A stretch of 64,000 nt of DNA, from assembly GCA_964016885.1 (NCBI GenBank), contig OZ024749.1, positions 6,448,001-6,512,000 of the forward strand. Direction: 5' to 3'. The translations under genes and the position numbers were made by a program. The DNA comes from Eledone cirrhosa (taxonomy: Eukaryota). The notes beneath the pieces are model-generated. The model saw nothing but the letters and a program-made list of their open reading frames with translations, was not told the origin of the DNA and did no database searches. Below are positions 39,821-52,470 of this stretch, piece after piece (position 1 is the first letter of the stretch; every line of letters starts with the position of its first letter).

Positions 39821-40424
39821 TTATCTACATATACACCAGGTCTGAACACAAAAGAACCAAACTCCCACTGTCACTGCCTCCATCTCTCCCACTCTCCCCA
39901 TCTCTCACTACAATGAGCAAATGGGGGCCCATGCATTGGCCAACCCGTGGCCCCGGTGGACAGAACGGAGCAGGTGTTTACCCAGAGGATGGTGAGGGAG
40001 ACGTGCTGGAAGAGCCATTCCAGCTGGCGAGGCTCACACCCGCAGGTAGCCAACTCTGGTAGTGACCAGGGAGGTGGCTCTAGGGCCGAGGACACCAGAA
40101 CTTTCCACAGCACACCTGTCAGAGACTGACCAATATTTGCCAATAGACAATATGGAGTAGCGTGTCTCACATATATGTTTCATTTGCCGTGGTTTCTATA
40201 GCTGTATGACCTTATTAAATATAACCATTACCTCCCAAGAGTAAAGGCACGTGGCTTAGAGATTAGGGAATTGGATTCACAATCGTCAGGTTGCGAGTTT
40301 GATTACAAGACTGGGTGATGCATTGTGTCTCTCAGCAAGACACATTATTTCCCGTTGCACCATGTGCCAGGACTTTGACTGGCAGATATCAGCAATGGAA
40401 GGACCAATGGAAACATTGTTTCCT

Positions 40425-41725
40425 TGGTTCAATTTGATGACCTCCACTCTACTTGATAAGTTCAATTAGATGACCTCCACTCCACTTGATAGGTTCAATT
40501 TGATGACCTCCACTCCACTTGATAGGTTCAATTTGATGACCTCCACTCTACTTGATAGGTTCAATTTGATGAGCTCCACTCCACTTGATAGGTTCAATTT
40601 GATGAGGTCCACTCTACTTGATAGGTTCAATTTGATGAGGTCCACTCCACTTGATAGGTTCAATTTGATGAGGTCCACTCCACTTGATAGGTTCAATTAG
40701 ATGACCTCCACTCCACTTGATAGGTTCAATTTGATGACCTCCACTCCACTTGATAGGTTCAATTAGATGAACTCCACTCCACTTGATAGGTTCAATTAGA
40801 TGACCTCCACTCCACTTGATAGGTTCAATTAGATGACCTCCACTCCACTTGATAAGTTCAATTAGATGACCTCCACTCCACTTGATAGGTTCAATTAGAT
40901 GACCTCCACTCCACTTGATAGGGTCAATTAGATCACCTCCACTCCACTTGATAGGTTCAAGTTGATGAGCTCCACTCTACTTGATAGGTTCAAGTTGATG
41001 AGCTCCACTCCACTTGATAGGTTCAAGTTGATGAGCTCCACTCTACTTGATTGGTTCAATTTGATGAGGTCCACTCCACTTGATAGGTTCAAGTTGATGA
41101 GCTCCACTCCACTCTACTGGATAGGTTCAAGTTGATGAGGTCCACTCCACTTGATAGGTTCAATTTGATGAGCTCCACTCTACTTGATAGGTTCAAGTTG
41201 ATGAGCTCCACTCTACTTGATAGGTTCAATTTGATGAGCTCCACTCCACTTGATAGGTTCAAGTTGATGAGGTCCACTCCACTTGATAGGTTCAAGTTGA
41301 TGAGGTCCACTCCACTTGATAGGTTCAAGTTGATGAGCTCCACTCCACTCTACTGGATAGGTTCAAGTTGATGAGGTCCACTCTACTTGATAGGTTCAAG
41401 TTGATGAGCTCCACTCCACTTGATAGGTTCAAGTTGATGAGCTCCACTCTACTTGATTGGTTCAATCTGATGAGGTCCACTCCACTTGATAGGTTCAAGT
41501 TGATGAGCTCCACTCCACTCTACTGGATAGGTTCAAGTTGATGAGGTCCACTCCACTTGATAGGTTCAATTTGATGAGCTCCACTCTACTTGATAGGTTC
41601 AAGTTGATGAGCTCCACTCTACTTGATAGGTTCAATTTGATGAGCTCCACTCCACTTGATAGGTTCAAGTTGATGAGCTCCACTCCACTTGATAGGTTCA
41701 ATTTGATGAGCTCCACTCTACTTGA
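40425..41725. repeat. 33-bp minisatellite, about 39 copies
   Basis: Unit GGTTCAATTTGATGACCTCCACTCCACTTGATA, unrelated to the 1-4020 unit. Confidence 0.96.
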
Positions 41726-42169
41726 AAAGTGAGTGAGGTCTGGAATGTTAATCGATTCCTTTTTTATGTCAATATTATGCTGACTAAACTAATGACATTA
41801 GAAGTAGCACAGACCTTAGCAATCTACTAGACTACTAATACATCCTAATTCATAGCCATTTGGTCACTCCATGAGAGTATCTTGATCAGCCTATGAACTT
41901 TTCAGTCCACACACACACACACACACAAATATTTCCAAACATATGTTGTGTAAGTGTCTCTTCTAAATATCATCTGTTGTAATCAACAAATAAAGCAATA
42001 TAGTTTAAGTTCATAAGAGTATGTAGATACAAATTTGTAAATCATTTAAAAAAAAAAAAATATATATATATATATATATATGTCAAGGGCGGTGCCCCAG
42101 CATGGCCTCAGCCGGATGGCTGAAACAGGTAAAAGAGTAAAAGAGTATATATATTCCAAAAGTCAGCTC

Positions 42170-42419
42170 AAAAGTGACACAGAGGAGACTGAGCTTAGCT
42201 GGACATGCTCACCGACATCCAGAGTTGACATTGCACTCAGTGCTCCTTTGGGAGCCCCTACATGGACACACTAGAAGAGGAAGACCAAGGTTAACGTATG
42301 TTGATGCCCTAAGGACAGACACTGGTCTATTGGAGACGCAGGACATGGCAGCGATAATGAGGGACAGAGACCGCTGGAGAGAACTCGTCCATGGATCTCG
42401 AGAATTTTACCCGCCTTAG
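42170..42419 (+). pseudogene. RTE-like LINE C-terminal fragment
   Basis: RRLSLAGHAHRH..LLWEP..RRGRPRLTYVD..MRDRDRW; same type as 27955-28212. Confidence 0.8.
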
Positions 42420-42615
42420 AAAAATATATATATATATATCAATAATATTAATAAATGGAAACTATCTTTATAAAACCATATTTATTTTATTATATATATT
42501 TCAAGGGTACCAAAACTTTGGTATGCTCTCATTAGATAAAATACAAAAGTTGTTTTATAAATAGTGACATATCCAAAACCAATATATATATATGTATGTG
42601 TGTATATATATATAT

Positions 42616-43094
42616 ACGAAAGGCCGGTTGTATGATGCCTGTGTGAGGAGCGCGATGCTGCATGGTAGTGAGACATGGGCAGCAACCGCAGAGGATATGC
42701 GACGGCTGGAGAGAAATGAGGCAAGCATGCTCCATTGGATGTGCAGTATAAATGTGCGTGAACGACCCAGCATAAATGTGTTGAGAGAGAAACTGTGTCT
42801 GAGAGGGATAGAATGTAGTGTACGGGAGAGGAGACTGAGGTGGTATGGACATGTGATGTGCATGGAGGATGACCGATGGGTGAAGAAGTGCCAGGAAATG
42901 CCAGTTGAAGGAAGACGTGGTAGAGGTAGACCACGAAAAACATGGGCGGAGGTGGTGAGAACAGACCTCAGATCATTGAAGCTCACGGTGGAGATGACGA
43001 AGGACCCTGACGAGTGGAGAGATGCTGTGCTGAATAAGACCCGTCCCACCCTTGCAAGCAGGGAAAAGCGGACGTAAAATGATGATGATGATGA

Positions 43095-43097
<3 letters not shown>
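42616..43097 (+). mobile_element. RTE subfamily B 3' end
   Basis: KGRLYDACVRSAMLHGSETW...REKRT* followed by (GAT)n. Confidence 0.93.
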
Positions 43098-43145
<48 letters not shown>

Positions 43146-43149
43146 GCTT

Positions 43150-44292
43150 GTGAGGGCAATACAAGCCATGTATAAAGAAACAGTCAGCAAGGTTAGAATT
43201 AACAACGAATATAGTGAAGAGTTTAGCGTAAAAGTTGGCGTCCATCAGGGCTCTGTTCTCAGCCCACTACTATTTATTATTGCCCTTCAGGCTATAACAG
43301 AGGAGTTCAAGACAGGCTGCCCATGGGAACTCCTATACGCAGACGACCTGACACTCATAGCGGAATCAATGGCCGAGCTAGAGAAGAAATTCCAAACATG
43401 GAAGCACGGCCTAGAGTCAAAAGGACTTAAAATTAACCTGGCTAAGACCAAAGTACTAGTTTGTAGGAAAGAAAACAAGGCGGCGGTCCCTTCTGGGAAA
43501 TGGTCGTGCTCGGTGTGTAGGAAAGGCGTAGGTAGAAACTCCATTTTATGTCCTAAATGCAAAGTATGGGTGCATAAAAGATGTATTGGGATCACAGGTA
43601 AGCTAACTAAGAACATAGATTTTACATGTGGCCGGTGCTCTGGTGCAATAAGTAGCAGCAAGTGCCCACAAAATACTAGCTCTTTCAATTGCGCAGAGGG
43701 TTCCATAGAAATAGTGGACAGCTTCCGTTACCTGGGCGATAAAATCAGCAGTGGGGGAGGGTGCTCTGAAAGTACTGTAGCTAGAGTCAAAACTGGTTGG
43801 AAAAAGTTCAGAGAGCTTATACCACTATTAGCTGCTAAAGGGTTCTCACTAAAAATGAAAGGCAGGTTGTACGATGCCTGCATACGAACAACAATGCTGC
43901 ATGGCAGTGAGACCTGGGCATTGTGTGCAGAGGATATACGCAGACTAGAGAGGAACGAAGCTTGCATGCTCCGCTGGATGTGTAACAGTAATATACGTGA
44001 ACGGCAAAGCATAAACGAACTAAGGAAAAAATTAGAGATAAGAGGGATCAGATGTTGTTTACTCGAGAGAAGGCTACGTTGGTATGGACACGTGATGCGC
44101 ATGAAAGTCGATAGCTGTATAACAAAGTGCAGGGCAATAAAGATAGACGGTAGTCACGGAATAGGCAAACCTAGAAAAACCTGGGACGAGCTGATAAACT
44201 CCGACATCACACACTTACACCTCTCCAAGACAATGTCACTGGACCGAGACCTTTGGCGGTACTCAGTAACAGAGAAGACCCGCCTTACCTAA
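43150..44292 (+). CDS. RTE-clade LINE ORF, 5'-truncated: partial reverse transcriptase, PHD-like zinc finger and RTE C-terminal domain (element continues to (GAT)n at ~44690)
   Basis: GVHQGSVLSPLLF, LLYADD and FRYLG RT motifs; CSVC..CPKC..HKRC..CGRC; LHGSETW; uninterrupted over 380 codons. Confidence 0.92.
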   Translation: MRAIQAMYKETVSKVRINNEYSEEFSVKVGVHQGSVLSPLLFIIALQAITEEFKTGCPWELLYADDLTLIAESMAELEKKFQTWKHGLESKGLKINLAKTKVLVCRKENKAAVPSGKWSCSVCRKGVGRNSILCPKCKVWVHKRCIGITGKLTKNIDFTCGRCSGAISSSKCPQNTSSFNCAEGSIEIVDSFRYLGDKISSGGGCSESTVARVKTGWKKFRELIPLLAAKGFSLKMKGRLYDACIRTTMLHGSETWALCAEDIRRLERNEACMLRWMCNSNIRERQSINELRKKLEIRGIRCCLLERRLRWYGHVMRMKVDSCITKCRAIKIDGSHGIGKPRKTWDELINSDITHLHLSKTMSLDRDLWRYSVTEKTRLT

Positions 44293-44902
44293 ATATATAG
44301 TAAAACCTACTCCAGCCAGTAGGCATCTCTAACAAAATACACCCCGTCCCACCACCACCACCCCCACCCCATCCACACCACCCCGTTCTATGTAAAGTTA
44401 TGTTGGTGCCGCGCCATCGAGGCCGAAACAAATGAGATCGTGTAGGTGTCACGACAAAAAAACACACAGTCCACGCTGTAATGTGGCCGTGTAGGCAACA
44501 CAGTAAAAACCTCCCAGACCCACACTGTAAATGTGGTTGGTGTTAGGAAGGGCATCCAACTGCAGAAAACCTGCCAGACAGTCCTATGCGAGCAAGACAA
44601 TCACTCTTGCCTCAAGTGGGACTACCCCCGTCCAAACCCATGCAAGCGTGGAACACGGACGTTAAACGTTGATGATGATGATGATGATGATATATATATG
44701 TATGCATATATATACGCATCCACAAATAGCCGCTGAAACGGCTTGAGTTCTGCCGTCGGGGTTAAACATTTTTCTATTACCCACACTACTACCCAAAGTA
44801 TTGAGTACTCTGGTGCGTTATAGTCCATCTGGCTCTTTACCACACTTCCTTCGTTTTGTATATATGTATATATAGAAGTGGTTACACAACAGTTAGTTCA
44901 CC

Positions 44903-44950
44903 ATACCGAGAACAATTGTTTCACCTTAGCGGATCTTCAGCTCGAGATAT
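44903..44950 (-). ncRNA. Minimal hammerhead ribozyme in the 3' region of the Penelope-like element
   Basis: Minus strand: ATCTCGAG CTGAAGA T-CC-GCTAA-GG-T GAA ACAATTGT T CTCGGTAT; stem I CGAG/CTCG; palindromic stem III. Confidence 0.75.
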
Positions 44951-45128
44951 ATATGGTTATAGGAACAGGAAGGACAACTGTACGAACGCGCGTACGCAGA
45001 AACTCGGTCACTTCACACAGGCAATAGTAGACTGCGTGCAGGGGGTGTAAGGGAGATAACTGCGAAAGTCCAGAAAGTTTTTTGGTTGAAAATAAAATAA
45101 AAGAATTTAAAAATAAAATTACAAAGAA

Positions 45129-45790
45129 TCAGTCCGGAGCCTTGTAGTTATGTAATAGATGTTTGGTTACGTGTGGACAATGTGTGAAAAATTCACTTCT
45201 CGTGTTTAGGCAATCACTATTGCGTAATCTCTTTAGGATAGTTATTCGTCCATCAATACATAAGCCACACGTCGGATTTCCCCTTGCGTATGGCTTGGAC
45301 TTAGTGATGGCCTTCCATTGAATGGAGTACCCTATACTTGAGTCGTTGAGGGACCATACGTGGCTCACGAGTTTCATGGATGAACATCTGTCTGGGTATC
45401 TGAAGGTAGACTGGTGGTTCAGGAAATGCTCTTTGAATCAGCCCTCCGCCATGCCCACATAGGAATTGATCTCCTGTGGTTCGTTTGGTCGGTTGGAAGT
45501 GAGCACAGCTTAATAGATTACAGCTGGTGTGTTGCATTGTTGTTGAAGGGGGCAAGCTTCAGGCTTACGGCAAGAGCACCCTGGTGGGGTGTTGCTCCTA
45601 GGGCTGCTGGTGATGTGGGCCTTCATGTTCTTAGCGCAGGAGTATCCTAGTTTAACTTTGTGTCGGTTAAAGATGGAGCGGTATTTATGACCTATGGGGA
45701 AGTGTCTATCTAAGAGGGCTAGAAATGTTTTTCCTACATTCGTTTTAACGTTGAGTGAGAAGGGAGGAGAGAACCAGATAGTTTGTCTAT
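45129..45790 (-). pseudogene. Penelope-like element, GIY-YIG endonuclease region (probably Naiad-type), with two in-frame stops
   Basis: IWFSPPFSLNVKTNVGKTFL..HFP..IFNRHKVKLGYSC..CSCRKPEACPLQQQC..VIY*A..YVGMAEG*FKE..VWSL..CGLC..LNTRSEFFTHCPH. The clade name is from memory of motifs. Confidence 0.85.
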
Positions 45791-45939
45791 TGTGGTGCTA
45801 CTATTCTTAATGGTGTTGTTGCCGATCTGCTGGCCCTTCCGGTCAAGCACCCTTCCAGCCAAGCACCCTTCCGGTCAAGCACTCTTCCGGTTGAGCACTC
45901 CCCAGCTTCCGGCCATCACAAGCCACACCATACCCACAG

Positions 45940-46600
45940 TTTCTTTAGTTGTTTTTGAACATATTATTGTCCTTATAGAATCTAGATCGTTTTTCAAAGC
46001 GCCTTATACGAGCAGCTTTGGCCGACACTTTTTGCTTGATTATTTCTATCAGCATGTCTATGCCACTTGTTGATCTTATACTGTACTTTTTTTTCAATTT
46101 TCTAAGTTTAGTTTATTTAACATGTTCACCTACTTTGTAGTTTGTTAAAATTTCTATGTCAGATTGGAGAAGGTTTATTTGGCGATTGATGTTCTCTTGC
46201 CAAGTAGATTTCTTGTGGGAATTCCTTTGTTTTTTCATTTTCACTCCACATAAGTGAGTGGTGACTTTAGCCGATGCATAATAGAGATGATTTAAATCAG
46301 TAATGTTTAGCTTGTTTGTGATGATAATGTTTTTGAGAATTATGTTAGTCTTGTCTATTATCTTTTGGTTCTGTTTGGAGTTCTGGATCTTAGGGAGGGT
46401 GTCTCATTCCCCCATGTCAGATTCTTTCATTTTCATCCATTCGATCATAATTTCATCTTTCAAGTTGTCAAGTTCATTCTCATTCATTTCTTTATCATTT
46501 ATGATCTCATTGTTTTCATTTTGAGTTTCATCTTGAGCATGCACTCCCTCCACTTTTTCGATCCTTTCTTTAATTTGTTCTGTTGTCCGCCCCAACCCTG
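45940..46600 (-). pseudogene. R4/Dong-like non-LTR retrotransposon, N-terminal fragment
   Basis: TLPKIQ..NITDLNHLYYASA..STWQENINRQINLLQSDI..KKKY..IEIIKQKVSAKAARIRRF..NNMFKNN with internal stops; next to (TAA)n at ~46633-46667. Confidence 0.7.
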
Positions 46601-46633
46601 AGATTCGAAGTGTTACAATTTACCTCGTTTCAC

Positions 46634-46668
<35 letters not shown>

Positions 46669-47249
46669 TCTTTAATCATAATAAGTTGTTATGAAATTAT
46701 TTATGAAAGAAATTTGATAAATTTCATTTAGATTATCAATATAAATATTTCTTAGAGAGATTTAAAATAAACACGAAAATTTATCTTAACATTTTAACAA
46801 ATTAATTTCTATTATGGAAAAAGTTGATATCCAATAAATTATCATCTATTATGTTTGTTTGTTTTGTTTGTTAGTTTTTAATTAAATTCTTTTTTGCCTT
46901 CTCTCTATTTTTGTCAAATGAATTAGTAAACTATTATTTTTACTTATTTTATCAAGTGACATCTTATCATTTTACGCCAAGAAATAGTTTAGACGCGGCG
47001 AAAAAAACATGCCGATTGAATGGAATGGTTCCAATGAAAATAATTAAACATTTCTCTATTAGTTTATTTTTTTGTTGGCTTCAGTCATTAAACTGTGGCC
47101 AGGCTGGTGCAACACCATGATTTAATCAATCATGTCAACCTCATTACTTGGTCCGTTCAACTATTTATTTGAGCAATATTTTTTATTTTTATTTCTCAAA
47201 CTGCTGAGTTACAGAACATAAACAAACATTAAATGTAAACACTGAGGAC

Positions 47250-47323
<74 letters not shown>

Positions 47324-47863
47324 TATCAACATCTTCATTTTTACGTCCATTTTGCATGGAGTGAATGGAGGCTCCCTAAGCTGAAAAGTAGAGAATACCT
47401 ATCTAGGAGAACAACCACACCAAATAAATTAGTGCAGGGTAAAGAAGCTCCATAAGTCCAGTAAGAAGACTACTGCTGGTGGTACAAATAAAAGTACCTG
47501 GTTAATGCTGTAAAATGGAGGTTATGGAAATGGCATTCCGTCATTAAAACTATGCCAAAGTTATGAGGTGGACACGGCTCGTGAGTGCAGTAAGACAACC
47601 TTTCTAGAGTCTGTAAAATGGTGCTGGTGATAGGAAGGGCATCTAACCAGTATATTACCAATGCCAAATTATGAGCACAATATACGAATAGAAAAATTTG
47701 CCATTTTTGGCATGGGTTGGGGTTGAACAGGACAATTTAAGTCAATGTCTTATGACTGGATGTCCTTCCTCATACCAACCCGTACTGTCATTTCATATGG
47801 CTGGTGTATCTATTCCAAAATAGACACACATGGCCAGTATGCATATATATATATATATACAAT

Positions 47864-48303
47864 GGAGGCACATGGCTTAGTGGTTAGAACATTGGCCTTG
47901 CAATCGAAAGGTTGTGAGTTCAATTCTCAGACCGAGTGATGTGTTATTTACTTGGACAAGACACTTTATTTCACATTGCTCCAGTTTACTCAGCTGTAGA
48001 AATGAGATGATAGGGACTGGGGTCCCTATCATTCAACTGCAAAGTGGTCGTGGAGGTGCCACGGCAAAAAAAAACACAGTCCACGCTGTAATGTGGCCGT
48101 GTAGGTAACATGGTAAAAACCTCCCAGTCCACACTGTAAACGTGGTTGGTGTTAGGAAGGGCATCCAGCCATAGAAAACCCGCCAGACAGTCCTATACGA
48201 GCAAGACAACCAATCTTGCCTCAAGTGGGAAAACTCCCGTCCAAACCCATGCTAGCGTGGAAGATGGAGGTTAAACGCTGATGATGATAATGATGATGAT
48301 GAT
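47864..48303 (+). mobile_element. SINE family 2, full length, with an RTE-A-type 3' tail
   Basis: A box TGGCTTAGTGG and B box GAGTTCAATTC; the 3' ~240 bp match the RTE-A UTR at 44455-44690. Confidence 0.88.
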
Positions 48304-48597
48304 ATATATATTTATATATACTAGGATTTTTTTAACACGCCGATGCATATGTGTATATGCGGGTGTATGTGTGTATCTGCAAATGTGTACATTTATATGT
48401 ATGTGTATATAAACATAAATGCGTAACACAGACGCACTCACAAAAAATACACACTCACAGACATACGTTCACAGAAACACACATATACATATATTTACAC
48501 ACACATACACTCACACACAGCGTAGCAAATGGAATGCCAGCCACTGTTTTGCTATAGTTTTTTCACCATCCCCTTCCTTCCTTTTACACACACACAC

Positions 48598-49325
48598 TTG
48601 GATGGACGGAAGTTGCTCAAATTTGCTAGATGTGTAATAGTAATATACGTGAACGGCAAAGCATAAACTGACTAAGGGAATAATTATAAATAAGAGGGAT
48701 CAGATGTTGTTTACTCGAGAGAAGACTACGTTGGTATGGTCACGTGATGCGCATGAAAGACGACAGCTGTATAAAAAAGTGCAGGGCAATAAAAATAGAC
48801 GGTAGCCATGAAGTAGGCAGACCCAGAAAAACCTGGGACAACTTGATAAATTCCAACCTCACACACTTACACCTCTCCAAGACAATGTCACTGGACCGAG
48901 ATCTTTGGCACTACACAGTAATAGAGAAGACCCGCCTTACCGAAATACAAAGTAAAACCTACTACAGTCAGTAGGCACCTCTAACAAAATACACCCCGTC
49001 CCACTATCCCCACCCCATCCTCACCACCCCTTTCACTGTAAAGTTATGTTGGTACCACAACATCCAGGCCGAAACAAATGAGGTCGTGTAGGTGTCACGA
49101 CAAAAAAAACACACAGTCCACGCTGTAATGTGGCCGTGTAGGTAACACGGTAAAAACCTCCCAGACCCACACTGTAAATGTGGTTGGTGTTAGGAAGGGG
49201 ATCCAGCTGTAGAAAACCCGCCAGACAGTCCTATACGAGCAAGACAACCACTCTTGCCTCAAGTGGGAAAACTCCCGTCCAAACCCATGCAAGCGTGGAA
49301 TATGGACATTAAACGATGATGATGA
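48598..49325 (+). mobile_element. RTE subfamily A 3' end
   Basis: MRMKDDSCIKKCRAIKIDG..GRPRKTW followed by the UTR and (GAT)n. Confidence 0.92.
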
Positions 49326-49520
49326 TACATATATATATATATACATATAAATATTTATATACATACATATTTAAATATATATATATATATACATATACAT
49401 ATTTATATACATACATATATAAATCTCTCTATATATATACATATATATACATATATACATATATATATATATATACATATATATATACATATATATATAT
49501 ATACATATATATATACATAT

Positions 49521-49800
49521 ATGGTGGCTGCCAACTCGTTTTCGAGTATGGCCACTACTTTATATCCATGTAGGAGAACCCCTACCGATGCGCCGAACGA
49601 GTGTGACTTTTTTAGTCCAGCCAGCGACTTGAAAACTCTGGCACAAACACTACACTTGTGACAATTATGGACACACAGTGCTGGGCCCATGGTACCATGT
49701 GACGACAAGTGCAGAGAGATCTCCAGATATAAAGCAATGCCTGTGCCGTGAAGCTTTTATAGTGAGCAAAGGCACTGCACAAAGCCAGTCCCACTCTCTT
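49521..49800 (-). mobile_element. Internally deleted RTE(BovB-like) element with a C-terminal C2H2 remnant
   Basis: Minus [17 protein letters not shown], then the 3' end shared with 12895-12925. Confidence 0.55.
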
Positions 49801-50567
49801 AACCAAGATGATATTTACCAAAAAGAAGAACAAGTCAACATCATTGGATACCATCAGGGTTGCAGGTGTTATATATATATGTATACATATATATATATAT
49901 GTATACATGATCAGATTCTGGAAATTTCCTATCCACACAGCCATGACTGCATATGGTATATTTTTTTAGAAAACAAACAGGACCAGACTCCAGCCTAGCT
50001 TGAAACTTGATTAACTTGTCACACTTGGACAATGTCTCCCAATGATTTTATTTCACATTTTATGATTATTATATTATTTATTTTTATTTATTGCTTTCCA
50101 TTAATTAATGCCTCATCAACAAATTTCAAAATGTGAAAAAAAGGAGAAAATAATTGAAATGATAGAAATAATATAAAAACATGACAAAAACAGAAAAGTA
50201 TGTTTTGCATTTGAAATCAAGATTTTGCTAAATTTCGATTTACCGAAAAATAAAATAAAATAAAAAAATAAATAGTTAAAATAAAAATGAAAAACAAAAA
50301 GAAATATAAAATAAAAACAGCAACAATAATAATATTTCTAAATATAAAAATGATATTGATAAAAATTATTAGAGGCAAGGAGGATAAATGTGGAGCGAGA
50401 GAGAAGGATAGAAAGGAGACGAGAACTGTCCAGTGGCTGAGTGGATTATGAGTGAGAGAAGGGAATAAAAGGAAGTGGAATGATGGACAAGGAGCTGGTT
50501 TAGCAGAGATGATGAGCTTCAAAACTATTATTGTATAAATAAAAATACTAAACAATATTAATGGCAA

Positions 50568-51155
50568 TCATCATCATCATTTAACTTCAACACTAGCATG
50601 GGTTGGATAGGTTGTCTCATTTGAGGAAGGTTGGGGTCAGGTGACCGTATCCTGCTCATATAGAACTGCTTCTGGCTTGGTTTCTACGGCTGGATACCCT
50701 TTCTAATGTTAACCACATTTACAGTGTGTACTGAGTGCGTTTACTGTGACTCCTACATTACCACTTTACACGGTGGAATGGGTACTTCTTGTCGTGTCTC
50801 CTACACAACCACTTAAAAGTGTGGACTGGGTGCTTAAACCTTTATCCTCCTTTATCCCACCCTTATCCCACTCCAATATAATAACCGACTTTATTAATAT
50901 TATCATTAATATTGTCATGTCATGTCACAACCACTTAACAGTGTGGACTGGGTGCCTTTTGTCATGTCACCTACACAACCATTTAAGAGTGTGGACTGGG
51001 TGCCTTTTGTCATGTCACCTACACAACCAATTAAGAGTGTGGACTGGGTACTTTTTGTCATGTCATGTCACCTACACAACCACTTAACAGTGTGGACTGG
51101 GTACTTTTTGTCATGTCACCTACACAACCACTTAACAGTGTGGACTGGGTACTTT
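50568..51155 (-). mobile_element. Diverged RTE 3'UTR with internal ~50-bp tandem copies
   Basis: (CAT)n tail; repeated CACCTACACAACCACTTAACAGTGTGGACTGGG. Confidence 0.75.
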
Positions 51156-51631
51156 TAATTAATAACATTAATAACAATATTAATGATAATATTAATAAAG
51201 TCAGTTATTATATTGGAGTGGGATAAGGGTGGGATAAAGGAGGATAAAGGTTTATTATTAAAGATTTTCTTTATTTTATAGAAAACAATATTTGATTTAT
51301 TAAACAGATTAGTTTATGGCATGAAAAACGTCTCATCCCCACCCCACTCCACCGCACTCCACCTCATACCACCTCACCCACTCCACTCCACCCCCACCCC
51401 ATGCCACCTCATTCACTCCACCCCACCCCGTGCCATACCACTCCAGTGTACCTCACTACACTCCACCCCCACCTCATACCACTCCACCCCATCCCACCCC
51501 TCCCCACCCCACCCCACCCCCACTCTACCCCACACCACCTCACTCACTCCACTTAACCTCACCTCCACTCTTAAATCCTACCACGGATAGAACAAAAAAA
51601 CAAGAATTTAAAAGGACAATATAAAGAATAT

Positions 51632-51665
<34 letters not shown>

Positions 51666-52138
51666 GGATGATGATGATGATGATGAGGATGATGATGATG
51701 ATGATGGTCATGATGGCGATGATGCTGTTGATGGCGGTGGTGATGATGATGATGATGATGATGCTGATGCTGTCTGGAAGGTGAAAAAATAGCCAGAAAA
51801 AGAAAGCACTGTTTTTCTTCTTTTTATAAGTCATCATATTTAATTGGATTAAATAAATGAACAGTAATTAAATATACAGACAGTTATATTTTTAACGACA
51901 ACATTGTAACTATTCAATAAAAAAAACAAAACCAAACCAAAACAAATGAAATCAATAGCTTTAGTTTAAATTAATTGCCTCACTAACAGTAGTTTTAGTT
52001 ATCAATAGATCAATAGTTCGATATATCTAGGAATATATTTTAACTAAATTAAAATTTCTGCTGTTTTTTCTACAACTTCATGGAGGGCTGTTGTGTTCTG
52101 GGTTTCAATAATATGGCACATTTCCAGGTTGATGGCAA

Positions 52139-52244
<106 letters not shown>

Positions 52245-52384
52245 TGTGTGTGTGAGTATCTATCATCATCATCATCATCATCATTTGATGTCTGCTTTCC
52301 CTGCTGGCAAGGGTTGGATGGGTCTACATAGACCAAGTCAGTACTGAAGCAGGGCCACTGATGTCCCAGACATTTGTATATTTA

Positions 52385-52460
<76 letters not shown>

Positions 52461-52470
52461 TATATACATA

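Noticed and set aside
39830-40170. GC-rich island with several short ORFs
   Set aside because: No recognisable motif or splice pair; probably a fragment of an unidentified repeat.
45438-45440. In-frame TGA in the Penelope-like ORF read as selenocysteine
   Set aside because: It is not at a conserved Cys position, a TAA stop is also present at 45510-45512, and CGA>TGA decay is the simpler explanation.
47864-47935. tRNA gene (Cys-like, GCA in the loop)
   Set aside because: The acceptor stem does not close and the sequence continues into a SINE body; it is a SINE head.
51630-51800. Strong minus-strand splice acceptor leading into a poly-His frame
   Set aside because: The downstream sequence is a (CAT)n microsatellite with no donor site.
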